From a virus, in the IMG/VR virus record IMGVR_UViG_3300021335_000011, positions 8,062-72,061 of that record: 64,000 nt of DNA, one strand, 5' to 3'. Of the stretch, positions 1 to 7,919 are shown in pieces (the stretch's first letter is position 1; every line of letters begins with the position of its first letter). Made by a program: the position numbers and the translations under genes. The notes beneath the pieces were generated by a model. That model saw only the letters and a program-made list of their open reading frames with translations, did no database searches and was not told the DNA's origin.

Positions 1-120
1 TTTGCTAATCCAATAGTCGAGCGGTATAACGCGGTTAAGCCAGTAAACGACTTTAAATTTAAGACGCTGGTGGGAAATTATAGAGCGCCCTCATTAGAAA
101 GACTCACCTTATTGGAGTAA
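1..120 (+). CDS. C-terminal fragment of a hypothetical protein (runs in from window edge)
   Basis: Open frame FANPIVERYNAVKP...RLTLLE* ending TAA at 118-120, just before the next ATG. Confidence 0.6.
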   Translation, partial: FANPIVERYNAVKPVNDFKFKTLVGNYRAPSLERLTLLE

Positions 121-122
121 TT

Positions 123-905
123 ATGAGTTGGAATAAAGCAGGTTTTGATCGAGGTAAATCTCTCGATATTGAATACGGTACTGGAAAACCTATTCGTGCG
201 TTATACAGTAACAATCATGAAAAGATGCGGTGGATGGCAACTTACACAAAGGAACCAGACACTTTATGGTGGATTTCACAGTTTGAAAAAAATAAAGTAT
301 TCTATGATATAGGAGCAAATATTGGATTATTCAGTTTTGTAGCTGCAAAGCATGGTGTTAAAGTAATAGCTTTTGAACCCGAAAGCCAGAACTTTGCATC
401 TCTACAAAGAAATATACATGCCAATCCAACGTATGATATTACGGCCTATTGCATAGGAGTTACAAATGAGAGATCTTTTTCTACGCTTTATTGTTCTAGT
501 ATGGGTGCTGGCTCTTCTTATCATGAGTTAGGTGTAAAAAATAAAAGAACAACATACAAACAAGGTAGTTATGGATTATCTCTTGATGAAATAACAAAGA
601 GTTTACCAGTTCCTAATTACATCAAAATAGATGTTGACGGTATTGAGAGATTAGTAATAGACGGATATTCTCATTGGGATCAATTAGATTCGTTTTTAGT
701 GGAAATGAATGACGATAAAGATAAAACATATATTACTCAAAAAATTTTACCATTAGGATTTAAAAATGTTTCTGTTAGCAATAATGTTATCTTTTATAAA
801 AAGGGATTTGATGCATCATTCTTAACTGTAAAAAATTATGCACGTGGTACCGCAGCCCAACAGATGTACAAAATAATAAATAAAGATGGGTTGGTCGCCA
901 AATAG
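123..905 (+). CDS. FkbM-family SAM-dependent methyltransferase
   Basis: FYDIGANIGLFS, AFEP and YIKIDVDG motifs typical of FkbM/Methyltransf_21. Confidence 0.85.
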   Translation: MSWNKAGFDRGKSLDIEYGTGKPIRALYSNNHEKMRWMATYTKEPDTLWWISQFEKNKVFYDIGANIGLFSFVAAKHGVKVIAFEPESQNFASLQRNIHANPTYDITAYCIGVTNERSFSTLYCSSMGAGSSYHELGVKNKRTTYKQGSYGLSLDEITKSLPVPNYIKIDVDGIERLVIDGYSHWDQLDSFLVEMNDDKDKTYITQKILPLGFKNVSVSNNVIFYKKGFDASFLTVKNYARGTAAQQMYKIINKDGLVAK

Positions 906-1010
906 ACCCGCAAGTCCTTACTGTTAGGGACTATAACAAAGGAGAACCGCATCCAGCAATTATAAGTTGGCTCTGCTTTATAAGGGAGAGGTAATATATT
1001 GCCTCTCCTA
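886..1010 (+). ncRNA. Candidate structured RNA (four consecutive hairpins)
   Basis: GGTC/GACC stem; GTCCTTA-ctgt-TAGGGAC (914-931); CCAGC/GTTGG (953-970); GGAGAGGTAA-tata-TTGCCTCTCC (985-1008). Preceded by late-promoter-like AATAAATA (875-882). Confidence 0.4.
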
Positions 1011-1024
1011 CTTAAAGGATTTAA

Positions 1025-1168
1025 ATGTTAAAATGGTATGACCATATTATGGTTTCAATGTTTGCTTGGGTTATATCTCAAGGATTAATTCATAATCTTT
1101 TTTGGGCTGTATTAGGTTATGCGGTATTTGTAAATTATATGGCACAAAGGAGAGATGGAAATGTCTGA
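1025..1168 (+). CDS. Small membrane protein (47 aa)
   Basis: AAGGA RBS; MLKWYDHIMVSMFAWVISQGLIHNLFWAVLGYAVFVNY... is hydrophobic; overlaps the next start. Confidence 0.6.
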   Translation: MLKWYDHIMVSMFAWVISQGLIHNLFWAVLGYAVFVNYMAQRRDGNV

Positions 1169-1424
1169 TGATTTCTTTGATTTCGGTTTTACAGCTGTAG
1201 ATGAAACAGAACTACAAGCCGTGCAAGATGCAGAAAAGGCAAAAGGAGATGTCGAAGTAAAGGCTAATACTAATCAAGAAAAACTCGATAAGTTATACAA
1301 TGCTATTACTCCTCTGCTTAATAATCTAAAGAAAAATCCTGAAAAAGATTATATTTTATGGCCAAATCGTGTAGAAAAGGTAGATCAGTTCGAAGATATG
1401 CTTCGCAAAATCTATCAGTCTTAA
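1161..1424 (+). CDS. Conserved hypothetical protein of T4-like marine phages
   Basis: MSDDFFDFGFTAVDE...PLLNNLKKNPEKDYILWPNR; AGGAG upstream (start could be 1155). Confidence 0.75.
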   Translation: MSDDFFDFGFTAVDETELQAVQDAEKAKGDVEVKANTNQEKLDKLYNAITPLLNNLKKNPEKDYILWPNRVEKVDQFEDMLRKIYQS

Positions 1425-1450
1425 AAATTATTTTAAAAAAAATGACAAGC

Positions 1451-1485
1451 CTTTGTTTTTATTCGAAAACAAAGTGCGTTTTTTT
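1451..1485 (+). terminator. Possible intrinsic terminator or operator upstream of an early promoter
   Basis: CTTTGTTTT-tattcg-AAAACAAAG inverted repeat followed by a T-run. Confidence 0.4.
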
Positions 1486-1486
1486 G

Positions 1487-1515
1487 TGTACAAACCTAAA
1501 AAAACAGGGTATAAT
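1487..1515 (+). promoter_or_regulatory. Early sigma70-type phage promoter
   Basis: TGTACA-17 nt-TATAAT; same architecture recurs at 4768, 5307, 6955 and 43096 (minus). Confidence 0.8.
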
Positions 1516-1550
1516 AGATCTATAAAATGAAGAAAGCTGAGGAGCAAAAA

Positions 1551-1823
1551 ATGTTTTTAAAGAATCTTACAAAGTTAGAACAGAACCTTTGGAAGTCTCA
1601 CGTTGAATTTATGGGCGTTGACAACGATATGGCTGAAATGTATGCTGAAGATCGCAATGATGTCATAGAAGCTAAGTATCGTTTCAACAAAGGTCATATG
1701 GGTTCACTTCGTCACTTCATCGATCGTATGGATACACATCCGCGCGAAGGTGTGGTAATGGCTTTTGCTGCTGATCTTGGTGAAGATTGGGTTTATGATA
1801 ATCTTGGTTATGAGGTACGCTAA
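1551..1823 (+). CDS. Hypothetical early protein
   Basis: GAGGAG RBS precedes ATG 1551, so the ORF-track start at 1527 lies in the promoter leader. Confidence 0.75.
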   Translation: MFLKNLTKLEQNLWKSHVEFMGVDNDMAEMYAEDRNDVIEAKYRFNKGHMGSLRHFIDRMDTHPREGVVMAFAADLGEDWVYDNLGYEVR

Positions 1824-1824
1824 T

Positions 1825-2043
1825 ATGGGTAAGATGAAAGCATTAGCAATGGATTTTGAAGAGCAACTGTTCGAGCTCGTAAACATCGAAGAGATCATCG
1901 GTGAGTGTGAAGACTTTGGTCAGTTCAGCCACAAACTAATAATGGCACCAGGTGTGTTGGCTTGGTGGACTGATGTTGGTACACACAACGGTCGTTATAT
2001 TGTATCAAATATTTGGAATGAGTATTGGGGAGCATACGTATGA
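1825..2043 (+). CDS. Hypothetical early protein
   Basis: GAGG RBS then MGKMKALAMDFEEQL; N-terminus resembles that of 2174-2380. Confidence 0.7.
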   Translation: MGKMKALAMDFEEQLFELVNIEEIIGECEDFGQFSHKLIMAPGVLAWWTDVGTHNGRYIVSNIWNEYWGAYV

Positions 2044-2174
2044 GAGTAGTACAAGATGGAGTTGGATTTGAGTTTGAAGGTATTTGGATTGAAAATCCTT
2101 ATTTGTCAGAGTGTGGTCGGTTTGAAGTAGATCCAAAAGAATATTATGGAATTGATGTAGAGGAGTCAGAATAA
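2040..2174 (+). CDS. Small acidic hypothetical protein (44 aa)
   Basis: GGAG RBS, ATGA overlap; MRVVQDGVGFEFEGIWIENPYLSECGRFEVDPKEYYG...; TAATG coupling to the next gene. Confidence 0.7.
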   Translation: MRVVQDGVGFEFEGIWIENPYLSECGRFEVDPKEYYGIDVEESE

Positions 2175-2380
2175 TGGGTATGTCAAGTTATGTTATGGAT
2201 ATTGAAGAGCAGTTTATTGATAAGTGTGCTGATATTGCAATTGATTCAGAATCATTCGAAGAGTATGCTAAGAGAACAGTGAAAGTTCTCAATATGGTAC
2301 CACATCTAAGTGGTCAAGAAATCTCTGATATTATCGATGACGTTTGGTATGAAATGACTGTGCAATTGGGAGGAAATTAA
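2174..2380 (+). CDS. Hypothetical early protein
   Basis: GAGGAG RBS; MGMSSYVMDIEEQF. Confidence 0.7.
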   Translation: MGMSSYVMDIEEQFIDKCADIAIDSESFEEYAKRTVKVLNMVPHLSGQEISDIIDDVWYEMTVQLGGN

Positions 2381-2381
2381 T

Positions 2382-2627
2382 ATGGGTATTGTTATTACTA
2401 AAGAGTCGACTTATGAAGAGCGTATGGATGCTATCCGCGCAGCATCAAAAAGATTGGCTGCATTGAAGAAGCGTGAAGCTTATTACACTCGCCAAGAAGT
2501 CGAACCTAAAAAAGGTCAAGATCTTGATGAGAACTATAACCACTGGCAAGATGCGCCACAATATGCGGAGAAATATTATGGCGATAAGATGCGCGATACT
2601 GTTGCTATGGATAACGATTGGAACTAG
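2382..2627 (+). CDS. Hypothetical protein
   Basis: GGAGG RBS, 81-aa ORF in a contiguous operon. Confidence 0.7.
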   Translation: MGIVITKESTYEERMDAIRAASKRLAALKKREAYYTRQEVEPKKGQDLDENYNHWQDAPQYAEKYYGDKMRDTVAMDNDWN

Positions 2628-2856
2628 TGCTTATGCGCAAGATTGTTTCTATTCGCAGCAGACAACATATTCTGATGGATCGGTTATCAATGATATTAAG
2701 AGGTATGATTGCAAATCACCTCCAAAAACAATTATCATTGAAAAAGAAGTTCCATCAAAAGATCGTGGTTTAGGAGAATTTTTATTTGGTGCTGAAGAAA
2801 ACAATCAAAGTATCAGTAAGTTGTTTGAAGTAGTGCTAAGTTTAGGAGTTTTGTAA
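2578..2856 (+). CDS. Putative secreted protein
   Basis: GGAG upstream of ATG 2578; MAIRCAILLLWITIGTSAYA is signal-peptide-like with an AxA cleavage site. Confidence 0.6.
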   Translation: MAIRCAILLLWITIGTSAYAQDCFYSQQTTYSDGSVINDIKRYDCKSPPKTIIIEKEVPSKDRGLGEFLFGAEENNQSISKLFEVVLSLGVL

Positions 2857-2981
2857 TGTTTAATATTGGTTTAGGAATTGTTATAGGTATAGGTATGACA
2901 GTATTTTTTCCAGATATGCAGAACCTATTTGTAGATTCTGGTTTAAGAGATATTATTGTTGAAAGATTGAATGGAGTATAA
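2856..2981 (+). CDS. Small membrane protein (41 aa)
   Basis: AGGAG RBS, TAATG coupling; MFNIGLGIVIGIGMTVFFP is hydrophobic. Confidence 0.65.
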   Translation: MFNIGLGIVIGIGMTVFFPDMQNLFVDSGLRDIIVERLNGV

Positions 2982-2982
2982 A

Positions 2983-3606
2983 ATGAGAAGTGTTGTGTTA
3001 ATGGCAGGTGTATTAGGTCTCTCTGCATGTAGTGATAAGTTGCCACCAAATTTGGCAATGTCTGAAAAAGAATTTGAATATCGTACTGAACAAGTCGAAA
3101 AACAAATTGATGATATGCCTAAGTGGTATACAAATATCCCAAAAGAAGATGATGCTGTATACGCAGTTGGCACTGCAGTCACACCAGATCTTCAACTCGC
3201 GGTAGATATCGCAGTACTATCAGCTAAGACTACTCTGGCCGATCGTGTTGATAGCCGCATTCGATCTCAACTGAAAACCTTTAAGTCTAAGTTAGGTTCT
3301 ACTGATTTTGATTCAAACGTTGCTGTTGAGTTTGAACAAGTTACGCGTAATCTTATTGCAGATGCAGATGTAGCTGGGTACACAGTTAAAGAAAATGTCA
3401 TTGTCCAGAATGGTACGCAATATCGATCATACGTTTTGCTTGAGTATAAAAACGAAGTAGCTAATCGAGTGATTCAAACTCGACTTGCCAAGAATAATGT
3501 ACTGTTGTCTAAGTTTAAGTCTACGAAAGCATGGAAAGAACTTGATACAAACGTTGAAGCTCAACAACAAGCAGAAGTAGATACACTAAAGGCATTAGCC
3601 GAATGA
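2983..3606 (+). CDS. Lipoprotein, LPP20-like
   Basis: Lipobox LSAC after a hydrophobic signal; PKWY...YAVGTA...A pattern. Confidence 0.7.
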   Translation: MRSVVLMAGVLGLSACSDKLPPNLAMSEKEFEYRTEQVEKQIDDMPKWYTNIPKEDDAVYAVGTAVTPDLQLAVDIAVLSAKTTLADRVDSRIRSQLKTFKSKLGSTDFDSNVAVEFEQVTRNLIADADVAGYTVKENVIVQNGTQYRSYVLLEYKNEVANRVIQTRLAKNNVLLSKFKSTKAWKELDTNVEAQQQAEVDTLKALAE

Positions 3607-4763
3607 TAAAAAGAGTTGCCGTAACTGGTATTGGAATGATCGATGCATGTGGTAATAATACTACCATGTGCTTCGATAACGTTTTAAGTAATGAGGACTT
3701 TGCAAAGCCAGTTTCTGATTTCTTTACGGCAGTTGATCATTTCTCAGATAAAATAAAAGCAGATGCATGTCGATCACCAATCGGATTAGCACCAGACGAA
3801 GATTGGATAAACATATCTGATGCTCATAAAACGAAGTATATGCCACGTTATATGCGCTATGGTATTCATGCTGTAGAACAAGCATTAGAAATGTCTGGTG
3901 TGTCTATTACACCAAATGTTGGTGTCTTTATATCTAATATTACACACAATGAGAATGAATACAACGATTTAATGCAATATAGAATATCGCCATTAAAAGC
4001 TGTGAATATTCCACATGACGCTCTATGCGGTTATATCTCTCAACATTATGGATACACTGGACAAAATATGAGTTTCCAAGCTGCGTGTGCAACAGGTTTG
4101 GCAACGATTGATTATGGAATGAAAGTTATTGATCAATATGATTATGTAATCGTAGGTGGAGCAGATGCTGGCATTAATCAAATTGATATGGGATTATTTT
4201 CTTTCTTGCGCGCGCTTGGCACCGAGTCAAAACCATTTGATGAAAATAGAGATGGCTTTATTATGGGTGAAGGTTCTGGTGTATTAATTTTAGAGTCTGA
4301 AGAAAAAGCGCGTAAGAGAGGGGCAAATGTAATAGCATGGTTGCACGAAGCTGGACATGCCTCAGATGCATGGAATAGAACAGCTCCGTCAGGTGAAGGT
4401 GCTAAAACTGCAATGTATGATGCTATCTACGCTGGAGGTTTTCCTGATGTTGTAAATGCGCATGGTACTAGTACTCCAGCTGGCGATGAGGTAGAACATA
4501 GAAGCATACGTGAAGTGACAGCTGCTGACATCTACTCAGTTAAAGGTAAAATTGGACATACATTTGCTGCAGCTGGCATTTTAGAAACGATTTACTCTAT
4601 CCTATCAATGCAAAACGGAGTAATCCCACCCTGTCACAACACGCGTGTACCTGCATTCGATGTTGTAACGAAGCCTACGAGGGGTGAGTTTAAGAAGACA
4701 TTGAACAATTCTTTTGGCTTTGGTGGTAAATGTATTTCACAAATGATCACAATTGGTAAATAA
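3603..4763 (+). CDS. fabF: Beta-ketoacyl-ACP synthase (FabF/FabB family)
   Basis: RVAVTGIG, AACATG (catalytic Cys), PFDENRDGFIMGEG, NAHGTST (His), KGKIGHT (His), NSFGFGG. Confidence 0.9.
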   Translation: MIKRVAVTGIGMIDACGNNTTMCFDNVLSNEDFAKPVSDFFTAVDHFSDKIKADACRSPIGLAPDEDWINISDAHKTKYMPRYMRYGIHAVEQALEMSGVSITPNVGVFISNITHNENEYNDLMQYRISPLKAVNIPHDALCGYISQHYGYTGQNMSFQAACATGLATIDYGMKVIDQYDYVIVGGADAGINQIDMGLFSFLRALGTESKPFDENRDGFIMGEGSGVLILESEEKARKRGANVIAWLHEAGHASDAWNRTAPSGEGAKTAMYDAIYAGGFPDVVNAHGTSTPAGDEVEHRSIREVTAADIYSVKGKIGHTFAAAGILETIYSILSMQNGVIPPCHNTRVPAFDVVTKPTRGEFKKTLNNSFGFGGKCISQMITIGK

Positions 4764-4767
4764 AACA

Positions 4768-4796
4768 TGTACAAATGCAAAAAACTATGGTAGAAT
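4768..4796 (+). promoter_or_regulatory. Early sigma70-type phage promoter
   Basis: TGTACA-17 nt-TAGAAT followed by AGATCTA, as at 1487 and 5307. Confidence 0.75.
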
Positions 4797-4819
4797 AGAT
4801 CTAGAATAAAGGAGTGATT

Positions 4820-4987
4820 ATGGAACTTTCTGATAAAGAACGCATTACTCTTCTTGAACAAAACGTTGCAGAATTACAAGAATCTTTGTATGCTGCATAT
4901 AAAAGGATAGGAGAACTAAATGAGTGGAATGCATATGATTCGGGGGATGTCAAGTCTCAACAAAAAACAGTCAAAGAAGAATCGTAA
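4820..4987 (+). CDS. Small coiled-coil hypothetical protein (55 aa)
   Basis: AAGGAG RBS; MELSDKERITLLEQNVAELQESLYAAYKRIGELN. Confidence 0.65.
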   Translation: MELSDKERITLLEQNVAELQESLYAAYKRIGELNEWNAYDSGDVKSQQKTVKEES

Positions 4988-5282
4988 ACCTGGCTGGGAA
5001 AAAGCCAAAACAGAACATGATAAGTGGTTGATGGCACGAGGTGTTCATCCTACTCAACTCAAACAGAAAGAGAAAGTCCATGTCACGTCACTTCCGAGCT
5101 ATTCAACAGAATGTACGTCAGTCCCAACGTCGGACGTCGTCGTTCCAATCGCTGGCAAAAGAGCGGCAAATGAATACTCAGGAGACTACATCGTCGGACT
5201 TGCCACTCTCCACAAATCAAACACAGTCCCAGTTGGCAAAGGTGATTCCCCTGAAGAATACGCCAAAATGAGACGAAATTAA
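4920..5282 (+). CDS. Basic hypothetical protein of T4-like phages
   Basis: AGGAG RBS; C-terminal GLATLHKSNTVPV...AKMRRN. Confidence 0.7.
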   Translation: MSGMHMIRGMSSLNKKQSKKNRKPGWEKAKTEHDKWLMARGVHPTQLKQKEKVHVTSLPSYSTECTSVPTSDVVVPIAGKRAANEYSGDYIVGLATLHKSNTVPVGKGDSPEEYAKMRRN

Positions 5283-5306
5283 TTTTAATAAAACGCGTTT
5301 TAGGCA

Positions 5307-5335
5307 TGTACAAACGGCTAAAACTGTGGTAGAAT
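5307..5335 (+). promoter_or_regulatory. Early sigma70-type phage promoter
   Basis: TGTACA-17 nt-TAGAAT; leader nearly identical to that at 1516-1545. Confidence 0.8.
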
Positions 5336-5371
5336 AGATCTATAAAATGAAAAAAGCTGAGGAGCTACAAA

Positions 5372-5566
5372 ATGTCTATTACAAAATCACATGCTTACAA
5401 ATATGGTGAATTAAAAGTTGCAGCTGAGACTGCAGCTAATGCCATGTTAAATTTTAAACATCTCAATGATCGTCTTCTTAGCGACTTCGAAATTGAATTC
5501 CTTGAGAGTCGTGCACAATCTGTGCTTAATTTAATTAAAGAACAAGACGAGCGAGGTGCAGCATAA
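5372..5566 (+). CDS. Hypothetical early protein
   Basis: GAGGAG RBS; 64-aa ORF coupled to the next gene. Confidence 0.7.
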   Translation: MSITKSHAYKYGELKVAAETAANAMLNFKHLNDRLLSDFEIEFLESRAQSVLNLIKEQDERGAA

Positions 5567-6699
5567 TGGCTATGCGTAAAAAACAAAAGAAGTTACCTCG
5601 TCGTAATCGGACAGGACTAGCAGCTGCGCCTCTTGAAAAAGGGTTTGAAGCGGTGCAGTCCTACTTCCAAACAGAAGTATCGAATGCTGATATTTCGAAG
5701 GTACTCAAAACTTTTATTCGAGATAAGTTTAAGAATTCAATCAATAAAGATTATGTTCTTGCTTGTCCTGAATATAAGTTTACAGCTGTGCCATATCAAG
5801 CAGCAACAGCTTTTTGGTTGACCCACACTACGAGAAAGGACGATGATTATCGTTCGCGAAGTTATTCAGATGCTTTGACAAAATATTTATCTCAACTCAT
5901 TGCAATGGGTAAAGATCTTTATTTTGAGAAGCAGGCTAAACTAAAAGATTCTGCTGCTGTAAGATCTATTTCTCCTATGGAAAGACTACAGCGTAAGATT
6001 AGTAATACTATCATGCAAGATCTTCTTGATCTTGAAGATAAATGGATCGAAGGTGAAGATGCTACCTTAGATCTATATCAAGAGTTTAAGCGTCATGGTC
6101 TACCATCTTCTGCTACTAAAGCTGTTCGCAATGTAGTAGATGGTTGGTTACAAGATTATAATGACGCTTATACGAAGGCGTGTCCAGATGCAGTTGAGGG
6201 TTATTCACACTTAAGTCGCGTGCAATTACGCAAACGTGTACAAGCATGTGAATCAATGCTCGCTGATCTTGATCGTCTTCAGTCTGCTGCGAAAGCAACA
6301 CGCAAATCCCGCGTAAAACAACCAAAAGCAGCAGACAAGCAAGTTGCAAAACTTCAGTATAAGAAAGAGGATAATGACTACAAGATCGTATCTGTAGCTC
6401 CTCTCTCGATGATCGGTGGTCATCGCCTCTTTACCTTCAATGTGAAAACACGGGTAATTACTGAGTTTGTAACTTCATCCGCAAAAGGCTTCGAAGTCAG
6501 TGGTACTACTTTGAAAAATATTGATACATTATTGAGTAGGTCTACTCGACTTCGAAAGCCCGATGCATTTCTTCCTGTTGTCTTAAAAAAGACTCCTAAA
6601 CAAATTGATAAGGAATGGAAGACACTCACAACTAAAGCGACTGTGCCAAACGGTCGAATTAACAAAGACACAGTCTTACTAAGGGTTATTGATAAATGA
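5566..6699 (+). CDS. Conserved hypothetical protein upstream of gp33
   Basis: 377-aa basic ORF ending LRKP...NGRINKDTVLLRV; position next to gp33. Confidence 0.75.
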   Translation: MAMRKKQKKLPRRNRTGLAAAPLEKGFEAVQSYFQTEVSNADISKVLKTFIRDKFKNSINKDYVLACPEYKFTAVPYQAATAFWLTHTTRKDDDYRSRSYSDALTKYLSQLIAMGKDLYFEKQAKLKDSAAVRSISPMERLQRKISNTIMQDLLDLEDKWIEGEDATLDLYQEFKRHGLPSSATKAVRNVVDGWLQDYNDAYTKACPDAVEGYSHLSRVQLRKRVQACESMLADLDRLQSAAKATRKSRVKQPKAADKQVAKLQYKKEDNDYKIVSVAPLSMIGGHRLFTFNVKTRVITEFVTSSAKGFEVSGTTLKNIDTLLSRSTRLRKPDAFLPVVLKKTPKQIDKEWKTLTTKATVPNGRINKDTVLLRVIDK

Positions 6700-6938
6700 C
6701 AGTTGAAACACAATTTCTAAACAAATCTCGGTTCTCTAAACTCATTGAATCTACAGTCTCTGAATTAAAGATTAGTTATATGGAAGCTATCTTATATTTG
6801 TGTGACAAGAATGAGATTGAACCAGAAGATATGAAGAAGTTTGTATCTCCTATTATTAAAGATAAACTAGAGGCCGAAGCAATGGCTCTTAACTTCTTGC
6901 CAAAAACCAATAGTATAGACTCATCTCTTTTTGAATGA
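6696..6938 (+). CDS. gp33: Late transcription coactivator gp33
   Basis: FSKLIE...ISYMEAILYLCDKNEIEPE...IKDKLEAEAMALNFL. Confidence 0.85.
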   Translation: MTVETQFLNKSRFSKLIESTVSELKISYMEAILYLCDKNEIEPEDMKKFVSPIIKDKLEAEAMALNFLPKTNSIDSSLFE

Positions 6939-6954
6939 GATGATTATATATAGA

Positions 6955-6983
6955 TTTACATTACAGCAATACTGTGGTATAAT
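6955..6983 (+). promoter_or_regulatory. Sigma70-type promoter for gp32
   Basis: TTTACA-17 nt-TATAAT with extended -10 TG. Confidence 0.75.
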
Positions 6984-7016
6984 ACAGCAATATTTCAGCA
7001 ATACAAGGAAACAAAA

Positions 7017-7919
7017 ATGTCATTTGAAAATATGAAACGCAATCGCGATCAAATCTCTAAACTCGTTCAAGCTGCCGAATCAGTCGGTGGTGGTGAAAAG
7101 AAAAACTATGATGATGATCGAGTTTGGAAACCAACTGTAGATAAAGCGGGAAATGGATATGCAGTCTTACGATTCCTTCCAGCAAAAGAAGGTGAAGATC
7201 TACCATGGGTACGATACTGGGACCATGGCTTCAAAGGTCCTACAGGTCAATGGTATATCGAGAACAGCCTTACTTCTATTGGTCAACCTGACCCTGTTGG
7301 CGAACTCAACTCAAGACTGTGGAATTCTGGGGTTGAAGCCGACAAAGAAAAAGCACGATCACAAAAGCGACGTCTGCATTATGTAGTAAACGCTCTTGTT
7401 GTGCAAGATCCATCTGCACCGCATAACGAAGGCCGTGTAGTTCTATATAAATTTGGTAAGAAAATCTTTGATAAGATTATGGACGTTATGCAGCCTCAAT
7501 TTGCAGACGAACAGCCAGTAAATCCTTTTGATTTCTGGGAAGGTGCTGACTTTAAATTGAAGATTCGTCAAGTTGAAGGTTATCGTAACTATGACAAATC
7601 AGAATTTGCAAGTCCTTCTGCTATGTCTGATGATGAAGCACGTCTTGAAGGTGTGTATAATCAACTGCATTCTCTTTCAGAGTTTACTGAACCAAAAAAT
7701 TACAAATCATATGATGAGCTAAAAGCCAAGCTATCACGTGTTCTTGGAGAAGATGCAGGATTTGGTTCACCATTGATGGCAGAAGAGCGCATGATGAATA
7801 CACCTGTTCTGCAACCTGAAATCCCAGTTGCAGAACCAGTTACAGCAGAACAAGTAACTAATACTGATGATATGGATGATACGATGTCTTACTTTGCTAA
7901 ATTGGCAAACGACGACTAA
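7017..7919 (+). CDS. gp32: Single-stranded DNA-binding protein gp32
   Basis: DKAGNGYAVLRFLPA, WYIENSLT, YKFGKKIFDKI, NPFDFWEGADFKLKIR, acidic tail. Confidence 0.95.
   Translation: MSFENMKRNRDQISKLVQAAESVGGGEKKNYDDDRVWKPTVDKAGNGYAVLRFLPAKEGEDLPWVRYWDHGFKGPTGQWYIENSLTSIGQPDPVGELNSRLWNSGVEADKEKARSQKRRLHYVVNALVVQDPSAPHNEGRVVLYKFGKKIFDKIMDVMQPQFADEQPVNPFDFWEGADFKLKIRQVEGYRNYDKSEFASPSAMSDDEARLEGVYNQLHSLSEFTEPKNYKSYDELKAKLSRVLGEDAGFGSPLMAEERMMNTPVLQPEIPVAEPVTAEQVTNTDDMDDTMSYFAKLANDD

Noticed and set aside
1527-1550. ORF-track start MKKAEEQK
   Set aside because: It is part of the repeated promoter leader containing the RBS; the same leader precedes 5372, so the true start is 1551.
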